Source: a virus
Lineage: Duplodnaviria > Caudoviricetes
DNA length: 64,000 nt
Virus record (IMG/VR): IMGVR_UViG_3300032334_001433
Span: 96,001-160,000 of that record
Reading direction: 5' to 3' (one strand)
Shown: piece after piece, positions 10,451 to 20,277 of the stretch
Layout of the letters: each line of letters opens with the position of its first letter
How positions within the stretch are numbered: the stretch's first letter is position 1
Program-made: the position numbers and the translations under genes
Notes under the pieces: generated by a model
What the model saw: the letters and a program-made list of their open reading frames with translations, nothing else
Told to the model about the DNA's origin: nothing
The model's database searches: none

Positions 10451-11270
10451 TCAATTCAGAGAAGATTCTTTATTAGAAGTCTTAAAGGCTTCTGATCCAA
10501 CGGGTAAATGGATAGACGATTTCGTTCATTCAGACAATCCAAAATTTGCTGGTAAAAGCAAAAAAGAACGTATTCGTATGGCCCTTGGTGCTGCGTACTC
10601 TGCAAAAAGAAATGAAAGTGTAGATGAAGCCATTAATGCTGCACAACAAGCTGCCATTGCTATTGCTAAGAAAAAGAAAAAAGAAAAAGTAGCAGAAGCC
10701 AAAGATGAAGGCGAATATAATTATGAAGGCGCCATGGCAAAAACACAACTACAAACAATTTGTAGAAATGCTGCAGACTTAAGAGACATGCTTGAAGATG
10801 ATGAAAATCTTCCAGAGTGGGTACAAGCAAAAATAACAAAAGCAGAAGATTATATTACAACATCATTGGATTATATGAAATCTTCTGAAGAATTAGGTGA
10901 AGAAGTTGAAGAGTTAGATGAATTATCAAAAACTACCTTAGCCGACTACGCAAAGAAAGCAGCTAGAAGCGCTACAACTAAACGCAAAATAGCAGCAGAT
11001 TTTGAAAATAAAAGCGCGCGCGCAAAAACCCCAGGCATGAAACAGGCAAGTGCTAGATTGTCACAAGACTATAAAGAACAATCTTGGAAAAGACACGACA
11101 ATGTTAATAAGGCGATTGACCGTTTAGCAAAAGAAGATACCGAAGTTGCAGAAGCACGTATGAGTGCTGCTCAAAGATTATGGAATGCAGAAAATAAACA
11201 GCGTGCCAAAAGCGATGCTAGTTTAGCTCGTACGCCAAGTAGTATTCCGAAACCCGAAGAGAAAAAATAA
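10437..11270 (+). CDS. Probable internal head/prohead core protein (gp68 position), modular
   Basis: Highly charged; several L/V-x-E motifs (SLLE, SVDE, KVAE, ELDE, EVAE) like gp21 cleavage sites; lies between gp67-like and gp21. Confidence 0.55.
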   Translation: MKKFNQFREDSLLEVLKASDPTGKWIDDFVHSDNPKFAGKSKKERIRMALGAAYSAKRNESVDEAINAAQQAAIAIAKKKKKEKVAEAKDEGEYNYEGAMAKTQLQTICRNAADLRDMLEDDENLPEWVQAKITKAEDYITTSLDYMKSSEELGEEVEELDELSKTTLADYAKKAARSATTKRKIAADFENKSARAKTPGMKQASARLSQDYKEQSWKRHDNVNKAIDRLAKEDTEVAEARMSAAQRLWNAENKQRAKSDASLARTPSSIPKPEEKK

Positions 11271-11279
11271 GAGGACAAA

Positions 11280-11696
11280 ATGGCGGTAACAACCACAATA
11301 CTTAAAAATGTAAGACAACAAGCAGTTGTTAAATTCATTGGTAGCGGAACTGCTAACGTAGATTTGAGAGCAGATCTTACACAGCCTGAAGAAACTTTCT
11401 TAGGTTTTGCTAATACAAATGTTTCAATTAAAACGGTAATGTGGAGTACCACTGATTCAATTTCTTCTCCTATTTTAGTACAAAGAGGAGTTACTGCAGC
11501 TTCTGCATCAAATGTATTAATATTATACGGCGGAGCATCTGATTGGGAATTAGATCAAGGTGCAGGTTTTGTTGATGATGTTAGTGCAAATGCAAATATT
11601 ACAGTTCAATTGCCTGCAACTGGCGGAATGTTATATTTAGTATTAGGTAAAAAAACGGGATATGAAGGTCCTAATTTCCAAACTGCTCCAAATTAA
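11280..11696 (+). CDS. Hypothetical protein in head module
   Basis: 138 aa ORF with GAGG RBS, tightly packed before gp21. Confidence 0.6.
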   Translation: MAVTTTILKNVRQQAVVKFIGSGTANVDLRADLTQPEETFLGFANTNVSIKTVMWSTTDSISSPILVQRGVTAASASNVLILYGGASDWELDQGAGFVDDVSANANITVQLPATGGMLYLVLGKKTGYEGPNFQTAPN

Positions 11697-11709
11697 TATA
11701 GGAATTTAA

Positions 11710-12360
11710 ATGAGATTAATTACAGAAGTAGCACAAGACCTGCAATATTTGGTTGAAGATAAAGCAGGCGGCGGAAAAAATGTCTTTATTGAAGGCATTT
11801 TTATGCAAACTGAACAACCAAATCGTAATGGTCGCTTATACAAACGCGACATTATGGAAAAAGAATTAAGTAGATACCAAAAGCTTATTGATGAAAAAAG
11901 ATCATTAGGCGAATTGGGTCACCCTGCAAACCCAACATTAAATTTGGATAAATGCTCTCACCTTATTACTCACTTAAGATTTGAGGGCAATAATGTTATG
12001 GGTAAAGCAAAAATTTTAGAAACACCAATGGGAAACATTGCTCGTAACTTAATCGAGAATGGCGTAAGACTCGGTGTTTCTTCTAGAGGATTAGGTTCAT
12101 TAAAACTTAATAAAGAAGGTGTAAATGAAGTACAAGATGATTTTCATCTTGCAACCGTAGACATTGTTGCTGATCCATCGGCCCATGATGCTTTTGTTCA
12201 AGGCATTTATGAATCTGCTGAATGGATATGCGAAAACGGTCTTTGGAGATCAGTTGATGTCGAAAAAGCACAAAGAACATTAAAGGGCGCATCTAAGGGA
12301 CAGTTAGAATCTGTTAAACTAAAGATGTTTGAAGAGTTTATGTCTAGAATGTCTAGGTAA
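11710..12360 (+). CDS. gp21: Prohead protease gp21
   Basis: FIEGIFMQ, NRNGRLY, LGELGHP, GVSSRGLGS, DIVADPSA. Confidence 0.97.
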   Translation: MRLITEVAQDLQYLVEDKAGGGKNVFIEGIFMQTEQPNRNGRLYKRDIMEKELSRYQKLIDEKRSLGELGHPANPTLNLDKCSHLITHLRFEGNNVMGKAKILETPMGNIARNLIENGVRLGVSSRGLGSLKLNKEGVNEVQDDFHLATVDIVADPSAHDAFVQGIYESAEWICENGLWRSVDVEKAQRTLKGASKGQLESVKLKMFEEFMSRMSR

Positions 12361-12367
12361 GTAAACT

Positions 12368-12375
12368 TATAAATA
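12368..12375 (+). promoter_or_regulatory. T4-type late promoter
   Basis: TATAAATA between gp21 and gp22, followed by AGGAG RBS. Confidence 0.8.
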
Positions 12376-12404
12376 ATTTGAAACAATCCATTTAGGAGAC
12401 ACTA

Positions 12405-13532
12405 ATGTCAGTAGAAAGCAAAATCAAACAATTGCTAGAGCAAGTAAATGCTAAAGCTAGCTTAGAAGAAGCAGATGCAATGAGCCCTAGCTCCCCAAAA
12501 GATTCTTCAATCAAAGCAGCAGTTAGCGGCGACGCTTCTATGCCAAGACAAGGCGGATCCCAAGACGCTGGACCCGAAGAAGATCGCGATGAGAAAGAAG
12601 AAAACCAAGGTGCTATTGCAGCTAAAAGTATTAAACAAAATACTTTAACAGCAAACGGCCCTGGCGCTACTCCTAATTTCCAAACAGTTGGCGATGCAGC
12701 TTCCGTAGTTAATCAGCAAAGTTCTGCAGGCAACACCCCTGTTGGTGAAGAGTCTGAAGAGGAAGGCGAAACAATTGCTGAAGAGGAAACATCCGGCATT
12801 ATTGATTTATCCCCAATTTTTGGCGATGATCTATCTGAAGATTTCAAAGCCAAAGCAACATCTATTTTTGAAGCAGCAGTTATTGCTCGCGTAAATTCAG
12901 AAATGGATAAAGTAGCTGCATCGTTGGAAGAAAAATATGCAGCAGATGTTGCAGAATACAAAGATGGCATTGTTGAAAAAATTGATTCATATCTTAACTA
13001 TGTAGTTGAGAACTGGATGAAAGAGAATGAACTAGCTCTAGAAAATGGTCTTCGCACAGAGATTGCAGAAGATTTCATGTCTGGACTAAAGGTACTATTC
13101 AAAGAACACTACGTTGAAGTGCCTGAAGAAAAATACGATGTAATCGGTGAACTACAGGAGAAGGCTGAAGAACTAGCTGCAAAACTAGATGAAGCTATTA
13201 GCCACAGTGTAGAACTTAATAAAGAAGTCACTTCTTTAAAGCGTGCTGCAATTATAGAAGAATTGTCCAAAGATCTAGCTAATACAGAAGCTGCAAAATT
13301 GGGCAAATTGTTAGAAGGTGTTGATTTTGAAAATGAAGATCTTTACAGAGAAAAAGTTTCTGTAATTAAAGAAAATTATTTTCCAAAGAACGTTGTAACA
13401 GAAGGTAAAGTATCTGTTCAATCTCAGCAAACTCTAACAGAAGACAATGATGTTCCTACTGAAATTTCAGAAGGATCTTCTACTGTTTCTGTATATGCGC
13501 AAGCGCTTTCAAGATCAATTAAAAGAGCGTAA
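12405..13532 (+). CDS. gp22: Prohead scaffold/core protein gp22
   Basis: LSEDFKAKATSIFEAAV, IDSYLNYVVENWM, KVLFKEHYVEVPEEK, KVSVIKENYF. Confidence 0.94.
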   Translation: MSVESKIKQLLEQVNAKASLEEADAMSPSSPKDSSIKAAVSGDASMPRQGGSQDAGPEEDRDEKEENQGAIAAKSIKQNTLTANGPGATPNFQTVGDAASVVNQQSSAGNTPVGEESEEEGETIAEEETSGIIDLSPIFGDDLSEDFKAKATSIFEAAVIARVNSEMDKVAASLEEKYAADVAEYKDGIVEKIDSYLNYVVENWMKENELALENGLRTEIAEDFMSGLKVLFKEHYVEVPEEKYDVIGELQEKAEELAAKLDEAISHSVELNKEVTSLKRAAIIEELSKDLANTEAAKLGKLLEGVDFENEDLYREKVSVIKENYFPKNVVTEGKVSVQSQQTLTEDNDVPTEISEGSSTVSVYAQALSRSIKRA

Positions 13533-13561
13533 TTTTCACGCTACTCATCAAGGAGAAAAAA

Positions 13562-14857
13562 ATGTTTTTATCGGAAAACCTACAACAAAAATGGCAAGCC
13601 ATTCTTGAGCACCCAGATCTTCCAGAGATCAAGGATAGCTACAAGAAGGCTGTTACTTCTGTTCTTTTAGAGAACCAAGAGCGTTCATTACGTGAAGAGC
13701 GTAATGCATTGTTCGAGGCAGCTCCAGGCAACAATATCAGCGCAACTGGCGGTATTGACAAGTATGACCCAATCATGATTGGTTTAGTTCGCCGTGCAAT
13801 GCCTAACTTAATGGCATATGACATTTGCGGTGTTCAGCCAATGACTGGTCCAACAGGCTTGATCTTTGCAATGAGATCTATGTATAGCGGCGAGCGTGCT
13901 AATACTTCAACACGTACAGAAGCATTGTTCAACGAAGCAAATACATCGTTCTCTGGTAACGCAGTTAGCACAACAGGTAATAACCCAGTTTCTGGTACTT
14001 ATACAACTGGTGCAGGTACATCTACAGCAACGGCTGAAGCTCAAGGTACATCTGGCGGTCAAGCATTCAACGAAATGTCTTTCAGCATTGATAAGACAAC
14101 AGTTACTGCTAAGTCACGTGCGTTAAAAGCAGAGTACACAGTTGAATTAGCACAAGACTTGAAAGCAATTCATGGTCTTGACGCTGAAGCAGAATTGTCA
14201 AACATTCTATCCCAAGAATTCATGTTTGAAATTAACCGCGAAGTTGTTCGTACAATCTATGGTGTAGCTAAACCAGGTTCTCCTGCAACAGCGACCGCAG
14301 GTACATTTGACTTAGACGTTGATTCTAACGGACGTTGGTCTGTAGAGCGTTTCAAAGGTCTATTGTTCAACATTGAACGTGATGCTAACCACATTGCACA
14401 AGACACACGTCGTGGCAAAGGTAACTTCATCGTTTGCTCTGCAGACGTTGCAAGTGCATTAGCTATGTCCGGTGTTCTAGACTATGCTCCAGCATTGAGC
14501 ACAGGTCTAAATGTTGACGATACAGGCAATACATTCGCAGGTGTTCTAAATGGACGTTACAGAGTTTATATTGATCCGTATTCTGCAAATCTAGGCGCAT
14601 CAAGCCAATTCTACATGGTTGGTTATAAGGGTTCTTCTCCTTATGATGCAGGTATGTTCTATTGCCCATATGTTCCTCTACAAATGGTTCGCGCAGTTGA
14701 TCCTAACAGCTTCCAGCCAAAGATTGGCTTTAAGACACGTTATGGTCTAATTGCTAACCCATATGTTGTTAACTCAGCAGGCGCAAATGACGCAGATAGC
14801 TTCACAGCTAACCGTAATCAATACTATCGTCGTACGCAAGTATTGAACTTAATGTAA
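13562..14857 (+). CDS. gp23: Major capsid protein gp23
   Basis: VRRAMPNLMAYDICGVQPMTGPTGLIFAMR, LKAEYTVELAQDLKAIHGLDAE, FQPKIGFKTRYG. Confidence 0.98.
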   Translation: MFLSENLQQKWQAILEHPDLPEIKDSYKKAVTSVLLENQERSLREERNALFEAAPGNNISATGGIDKYDPIMIGLVRRAMPNLMAYDICGVQPMTGPTGLIFAMRSMYSGERANTSTRTEALFNEANTSFSGNAVSTTGNNPVSGTYTTGAGTSTATAEAQGTSGGQAFNEMSFSIDKTTVTAKSRALKAEYTVELAQDLKAIHGLDAEAELSNILSQEFMFEINREVVRTIYGVAKPGSPATATAGTFDLDVDSNGRWSVERFKGLLFNIERDANHIAQDTRRGKGNFIVCSADVASALAMSGVLDYAPALSTGLNVDDTGNTFAGVLNGRYRVYIDPYSANLGASSQFYMVGYKGSSPYDAGMFYCPYVPLQMVRAVDPNSFQPKIGFKTRYGLIANPYVVNSAGANDADSFTANRNQYYRRTQVLNLM

Positions 14858-14924
14858 TCAAAAATTACATTGATAAAGCCGGCATTAAGACCGGCGTATA
14901 TCTACAGTCTACAGGCTGTTCTTT

Positions 14925-14950
14925 AAAAGGGGGGATTTTTCTCCCCTTTT
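14925..14950 (+). terminator. Rho-independent terminator after gp23
   Basis: AAAAGGGGGGA-TTTT-TCTCCCCTTTT stem-loop followed by a T-rich tract. Confidence 0.8.
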
Positions 14951-14956
14951 CTGCCT

Positions 14957-14964
14957 TATAAATA
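14957..14964 (+). promoter_or_regulatory. T4-type late promoter
   Basis: TATAAATA right after the terminator, upstream of gp3. Confidence 0.8.
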
Positions 14965-14989
14965 TAAGTATCAGTAGAAGGTGTTTTAA

Positions 14990-15574
14990 ATGTATACTTC
15001 AAATATAAGTGTGTTACAGCAAAATTATGCAAATACTTTGCCAACAACCCACGATTATCTTAGACCAAATGCTTTTAGATTCTCTGTAAAAGATATACCA
15101 AATGTATCGTTTACTTGTCAATCTGCAAACTTGCCGCAGCTAGCTTTGGGGTATGCATCTCAACCGACACCGTTTACCGATATTCCTCGCATTGGAGACA
15201 AATTGCAATTTGGAGATCTTAGTATTAGATTTTTGATCGCAGAAGATATGTCAAATTATATGGAATTATATAAATGGTTAGTTGCATTGGGGTTTCCAAA
15301 AGATTACAACCAATTCAACGCATTCGTTAAAGATAGACCTAGTTCATTTCCATTTAAAGTAACTCCTAAGGGAATTACTGAAGTTTCGGCATACTCGGAT
15401 GCAACTTTATGTATTTTAGACTCGACAAATACGCCTAAAGTAAATATAATGTTTAAGAACATATTCCCTGTGTCCTTAGAAGCTTTGGACTTTGATATTG
15501 CATCTGCAAGTGTTGAATATTTTACCGCGATTGCCTCATTTAAGTATACATTGTTTGAGGTGGAGAAACTTTAA
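14990..15574 (+). CDS. gp3: Tail completion / tail tube terminator gp3
   Basis: YLRPNAFRF, FTCQSANLP, GDKLQFGDLSIRFLIAEDMSNY, FPVSLEALDFD; gp23-gp3-uvsY-uvsW synteny. Confidence 0.88.
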   Translation: MYTSNISVLQQNYANTLPTTHDYLRPNAFRFSVKDIPNVSFTCQSANLPQLALGYASQPTPFTDIPRIGDKLQFGDLSIRFLIAEDMSNYMELYKWLVALGFPKDYNQFNAFVKDRPSSFPFKVTPKGITEVSAYSDATLCILDSTNTPKVNIMFKNIFPVSLEALDFDIASASVEYFTAIASFKYTLFEVEKL

Positions 15575-15590
15575 TTAATATGGAGATAGT

Positions 15591-16478
15591 ATGGCTAGTA
15601 ATAAAAACCCTTTGAAAAACATTCCGAAAGTACCGGTGCCAAAATTTAATAAACCTGCGGCACCAGCAGAAACCCAACAAGGTCAACTTCAAATTAACAT
15701 TGAAGATCTTCGCAAAGAACGACTTTTTATCGCAACCCCTTGTTATGGTGGCATGCTAACAGAAGCATATTTCCGTTCAATGGTTCGCACATTGACATTC
15801 TTCAATCAGCACCAGATTCCTGTTGCATTTGGAACAATTGCAAACGAGTCTCTTGTTACTCGTGCTCGTAATGTATTGGTTGCATATTTCTTGCAAAGCA
15901 ATTATACTCGTCTATTATTTATTGATGCCGATATTGAATTTCAAGTTGAAGATGTCTTGAAACTTATTGCACATAATAAAGAAGTATGTGTAGGTGCATA
16001 TCCTAAGAAGGGTGTAAATTGGCAACGTATCCGCGATGCAGTTTTATCAAATGGCCAGGCCCCAATGGATGACCGAATGATCGCAGCATCAGGAAGTGAT
16101 TATGCTATCAATTTTAAATTTGTTAATGCAGATATGAAACAGATTGCCATTGAAAGCGGTGTTATTAAATTGCATGATGGCGCTACAGGCTTCATGATGA
16201 TTAAACGCGAAGCAATTGATAAGATGATTGCAGCATATCCGGAACTCAAATATAATAACGATTTGAATACTCCTCCAGATTTGCAAGACTTTTTCTATGC
16301 ATTCTTTGACACAATGATTGATCCTAAAGATCGTCGTTATTTGTCTGAGGATTATACCTTTAGTCGTCGTTGGCAAGATATTGGCGGTGATATTTGGCTT
16401 GATCCTTCAATCTCGCTAAACCACTTCGGTTCTTTCAACTTCCAAGGTAATCCTAATCAAATTATCAAAATTGGTTAA
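15591..16478 (+). CDS. Putative GT-A fold glycosyltransferase
   Basis: LFIATPCYGG, SLVTRARN, LLFIDADI (DxD), ATGFMMIKR, YLSEDYTF. Confidence 0.7.
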   Translation: MASNKNPLKNIPKVPVPKFNKPAAPAETQQGQLQINIEDLRKERLFIATPCYGGMLTEAYFRSMVRTLTFFNQHQIPVAFGTIANESLVTRARNVLVAYFLQSNYTRLLFIDADIEFQVEDVLKLIAHNKEVCVGAYPKKGVNWQRIRDAVLSNGQAPMDDRMIAASGSDYAINFKFVNADMKQIAIESGVIKLHDGATGFMMIKREAIDKMIAAYPELKYNNDLNTPPDLQDFFYAFFDTMIDPKDRRYLSEDYTFSRRWQDIGGDIWLDPSISLNHFGSFNFQGNPNQIIKIG

Positions 16479-16481
16479 TCT

Positions 16482-16922
16482 ATGAAATTGTCTGACCTAC
16501 AGTCAATGTGGGCAGATGATTGCAAGATTAATGAAACTAATCTAGGGCAAGAATCTGCTCGCACTCCTTTATTACATTCAAAGTATTTGAATTTTTTATC
16601 ATCTACTCGTCTTAATTTACGAAAAGCCGAGTCTGACTATTTAAACCTCCGACGTAAGAAATATAAGTATTACAGAGGAGAAATGACACAAGCCGAATTA
16701 GCTGCAGAAGAATGGGAACAATGGCAGGGAAACAAACCATTAAAAAATGAAATGGATGAGTTCCTGCAGGTAGATAACGATCTTATTTTATTAGAAGATA
16801 AGGTTGAATATTTTAAAATTGTTCAGTACCAATTGGAGCAAATTATTCGGTCATTGAATAGTAGAACATGGGATATTAAGAACTGTTTAGAATGGACAAA
16901 ATTCACTAACGGTATGATGTAA
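16482..16922 (+). CDS. uvsY: Recombination mediator UvsY
   Basis: WADDCKI, LHSKYL, WDIKNCLEWTKF; upstream of uvsW. Confidence 0.9.
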   Translation: MKLSDLQSMWADDCKINETNLGQESARTPLLHSKYLNFLSSTRLNLRKAESDYLNLRRKKYKYYRGEMTQAELAAEEWEQWQGNKPLKNEMDEFLQVDNDLILLEDKVEYFKIVQYQLEQIIRSLNSRTWDIKNCLEWTKFTNGMM

Positions 16923-18406
16923 TGGCCGATATAAAAATAAGAAAAAAGAATGAAGTATATTTGAATATTGATGCTGAGCCTTCAATTGCTCAGGAATTAA
17001 ATAATCATTTTTCCTTCGAAGTACCTGGTGCAAAATTTCACCCTTTGTATAGATCAAAGATGTGGGATGGCCGTGTCAGGCTTTTTTCTATGTTTACTAA
17101 AGAGCTTTATGTTGGCTTAAAAGAGTATGTTGAACATTTTGCAAAAGAACGGGAATATACTGTAGATTTATCTGAGTATGAAAAGACTGCAGATGAGTGT
17201 ACGTTTGAATCGGTAAAAGAATTTTGTAAAAAATTAAACATTGGATCTAAAGGGGAACCTCTTGAAATTAGAGATTACCAAATAGAGGCAGTATATAAAG
17301 CAATAAACGACGGTAGAAGGTTATTACTTTCTCCTACCGGATCTGGTAAATCTTTAATAATCTATTGTATAATTCGTTGGCACTATGAATTTGACAGAAG
17401 GCAATTAATTATTGTACCTACAACATCTTTGGTAGAACAGATGTTTTCAGATTTTCGAGATTATTCTTGTTTAAATGGATGGGATGCTGCATCCCATTGC
17501 CATCGCATTTATGGCGGGCATGAAAAATCTACAGATTGTAATGTTGTTATTAGTACCTGGCAATCTATCTATAAATTACCAAAACAATTTTTTGAAAAAT
17601 TCCAAGTTGTTTTTGGAGACGAAGCTCATCAATTTAAAGCAAAATCTTTAACTGGAATTTTAAATAAATGCCCAGACGCTCCTTATAGAGTAGGGACTAC
17701 TGGTACATTGGATGGTACACAAACGCATAAGTTAGTTCTTGAAGGTATCTTTGGTCCTGTTTATAAAGTCACAACAACTAAGAAACTTATTACAAGCAAA
17801 ACATTATCTGATTTAAAAATCTATAATTTGATATTAGATTATCCGGATGAAATTAAAAAAGCTATGAAGGGTAAAACGTATCAAGAAGAAATGGATTTTC
17901 TTGTTCAATACGAACCAAGAAACAAATTTATTAGAAATTTGACTCTTAAACAAGAAGGTAACAGTCTTGTATTATTTCAGTATGTAGAAAAACATGGCAA
18001 AAATCTATATGAAATGATTAATGCCAAAGCAGAAAATAGAAAAGTATTTTTTGTTTATGGGGGAACAGATACGGAGCAAAGAGAAAAAATTCGAGCATTG
18101 ACAGAACTCGAAAATAATGCTATAATAGTGGCTTCATATGGAACATTCTCTACCGGGATTAACATTAAGAATTTGCATAATATTGTATTTGCATCTCCTT
18201 CTAAATCTCGGATAAGAAATTTGCAATCTATTGGACGTGGTTTGAGAACAACAAAAGACAAAGATAGTTGTAATCTATATGATATAGGCGATGATTTAAC
18301 CTGGAAATCTAAAAAGAATTATACATTACTTCATATGATTGAAAGGATAAAAATATATAATGATGAACATTTTGATTATAAATTAGTGAAAGTTCAATTA
18401 CAATGA
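16922..18406 (+). CDS. uvsW: UvsW SF2 DNA helicase
   Basis: WDGRVRLF, RDYQ, SPTGSGKS, DEAH, LQSIGRGLR. Confidence 0.96.
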   Translation: MADIKIRKKNEVYLNIDAEPSIAQELNNHFSFEVPGAKFHPLYRSKMWDGRVRLFSMFTKELYVGLKEYVEHFAKEREYTVDLSEYEKTADECTFESVKEFCKKLNIGSKGEPLEIRDYQIEAVYKAINDGRRLLLSPTGSGKSLIIYCIIRWHYEFDRRQLIIVPTTSLVEQMFSDFRDYSCLNGWDAASHCHRIYGGHEKSTDCNVVISTWQSIYKLPKQFFEKFQVVFGDEAHQFKAKSLTGILNKCPDAPYRVGTTGTLDGTQTHKLVLEGIFGPVYKVTTTKKLITSKTLSDLKIYNLILDYPDEIKKAMKGKTYQEEMDFLVQYEPRNKFIRNLTLKQEGNSLVLFQYVEKHGKNLYEMINAKAENRKVFFVYGGTDTEQREKIRALTELENNAIIVASYGTFSTGINIKNLHNIVFASPSKSRIRNLQSIGRGLRTTKDKDSCNLYDIGDDLTWKSKKNYTLLHMIERIKIYNDEHFDYKLVKVQLQ

Positions 18407-18822
18407 CCTTAGGTTTTAAAGTATTGAAGTTAAATAGTGGCGAAGATATAGTATGTAAAACAGATGAAGCAATAAATCTGAAAGACAATTTTAGTATTTT
18501 TATAAAAGATCCTTTGGTACTAAATCAAATAAGATCAAATTATGGAAGTGCAATAGTAGAATCATATACATTATCTCCTTGGTTCGCATTAGCTGAGGAA
18601 GAATTTTATGAAATTCCTGTAAGAAATATTGTAACATATGCATCCGCAAAAGAAGAACTCAAAGAAAATTATATTAAATATCTCGATGCTCGTAAAGAAG
18701 CAGAAGAAAACGCAGTTGATGTAACAAATGAATTAAATGATTCAAATTTAGAAAATGAAAGCACAGATGAAGAACACGATTACGGACATAGCAGATTTCG
18801 AAGAAGAAAAACTTTTCATTAA
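18403..18822 (+). CDS. Conserved hypothetical protein between uvsW and gp55
   Basis: KVLKLNSGEDIVC start and PW motif typical of the small gene at this position. Confidence 0.6.
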   Translation: MTLGFKVLKLNSGEDIVCKTDEAINLKDNFSIFIKDPLVLNQIRSNYGSAIVESYTLSPWFALAEEEFYEIPVRNIVTYASAKEELKENYIKYLDARKEAEENAVDVTNELNDSNLENESTDEEHDYGHSRFRRRKTFH

Positions 18823-19378
18823 GGAAAAGAAACCTTCGGTTACTGCACATTATGTAAATAATAAAGAATTTTTAGATGCATTAATAGCATATAAGGAACA
18901 AGTTGATGCTGCTAAAGAACGAGGCGAAGAACCGCCCGTTGTAACTAGATACATCGGCGAATGTTTTATAAAAATTGCTACACACCTTTCATACAAATCT
19001 AATTTTATTAATTATACCTTTAAAGATGATATGATCTCGGATGGTATTGAAAATTGTCTAACTGCAGTACAAAAATTTGATCCAACTAAATCTTCAAATC
19101 CATTTGCATATTATACTCAAATTATTTACTTTGCTTTTATTCGTAGAATACAAAAGGAAAAGAAACAACAGGCCACTAAGTATAAAATGATTGAGAATAT
19201 GGATATTGATTCTTTAATCTTGCAAGATCATGACAACGGCGAATTCAGCCACCAATTTTTGGATTACTTAAAACGGCAAATGGATAACATTGATATTGAG
19301 AAACGTAACATCACTATCCCGAAAAAGGTTAAAAAAGTTGAAATAGATTCGGATAATCCTCTTGACATGGATGACTGA
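18755..19378 (+). CDS. gp55: Late transcription sigma factor gp55
   Basis: HYVNNKEFL, YIGECFIKIA, NFINYTFKDDMISDGIENC, NPFAYYTQIIYFAFIRRIQKEKKQ; exact start uncertain. Confidence 0.95.
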   Translation: MKAQMKNTITDIADFEEEKLFIKEKKPSVTAHYVNNKEFLDALIAYKEQVDAAKERGEEPPVVTRYIGECFIKIATHLSYKSNFINYTFKDDMISDGIENCLTAVQKFDPTKSSNPFAYYTQIIYFAFIRRIQKEKKQQATKYKMIENMDIDSLILQDHDNGEFSHQFLDYLKRQMDNIDIEKRNITIPKKVKKVEIDSDNPLDMDD

Positions 19379-19391
19379 TTTACTATATAAT
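19362..19391 (+). promoter_or_regulatory. Sigma70-like promoter for the queE cluster
   Basis: TTGACA-18 nt-TATAAT overlapping the gp55 3' end. Confidence 0.65.
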
Positions 19392-19419
19392 ATATGTTAA
19401 TTTAATTATTGGAGTCTTG

Positions 19420-20277
19420 ATGGCAAAACTTAAAGTTGCAGAATTGTTTTATAGTATTCAAGGTGAAGGCCGTTATATGGGCGTACCTAGTGTGTTTCTT
19501 CGCACATTCGGTTGTAACTTTACCTGCAGTGGTTTTGGTATGCCTAAAGGGGAGTTTAGTCATGAAGTTGATTATATCGCGGCTGACGTACATAAGTTTC
19601 TTACCTATAAAGATTTACCTCTTGTTAGTACAGGGTGCGATTCTTACGCTAGCTGGGATCCTCGTTTTAAGCATCTCAGCCCTGTACTTGATACTGATAA
19701 CATTGCCGATTCAATTATGGATATACTTCCGTACAAGAAATGGGAAGACGAACATCTTGTAATTACAGGCGGCGAACCATTGCTTGGATGGCAAAGATCG
19801 TATCCAGATCTTCTAAACAATGAGAAGATGAAATCTTTAAAAGATATTACGTTTGAAACAAATGGTACTCAAACATTGTCATCCGAATTTAGACAGTATC
19901 TTCTTAATTGGTCTCTTGGTCGTAAAGACAGAGGATATAATGCACTAACATTTTCTGTTAGTCCAAAATTAAGTGTCAGTGGAGAAAAATGGGAAGAAGC
20001 AATCTGTCCAGATATTGTTGCATCATATCAAGACGTTGGATATACTTATCTTAAATTTGTAGTTGCAACTGAAGAAGATGCAGAAGAAGCAATGACTGCT
20101 ATTGATCTATATAAATCTGCAGGATTTAAAGGTCCTGTTTATTTGATGCCAGTAGGTGGTGTCGAAAGTGTTTATGCTATGAACAATCGAAAGGTTGCAG
20201 AAATGGCAATGAAGAACGGTCTTCGATATAGCGATCGTTTACAAGTGCCCTTATTTAAAAACGAATGGGGAACATAA
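19420..20277 (+). CDS. queE: 7-carboxy-7-deazaguanine synthase QueE (radical SAM)
   Basis: ELFYSIQGEG, FLRTFGCNFTC...GCDS, VITGGEP, FETNGT, SPKL, RLQVPLF; GGAG RBS favours the ATG at 19420. Confidence 0.9.
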   Translation: MAKLKVAELFYSIQGEGRYMGVPSVFLRTFGCNFTCSGFGMPKGEFSHEVDYIAADVHKFLTYKDLPLVSTGCDSYASWDPRFKHLSPVLDTDNIADSIMDILPYKKWEDEHLVITGGEPLLGWQRSYPDLLNNEKMKSLKDITFETNGTQTLSSEFRQYLLNWSLGRKDRGYNALTFSVSPKLSVSGEKWEEAICPDIVASYQDVGYTYLKFVVATEEDAEEAMTAIDLYKSAGFKGPVYLMPVGGVESVYAMNNRKVAEMAMKNGLRYSDRLQVPLFKNEWGT

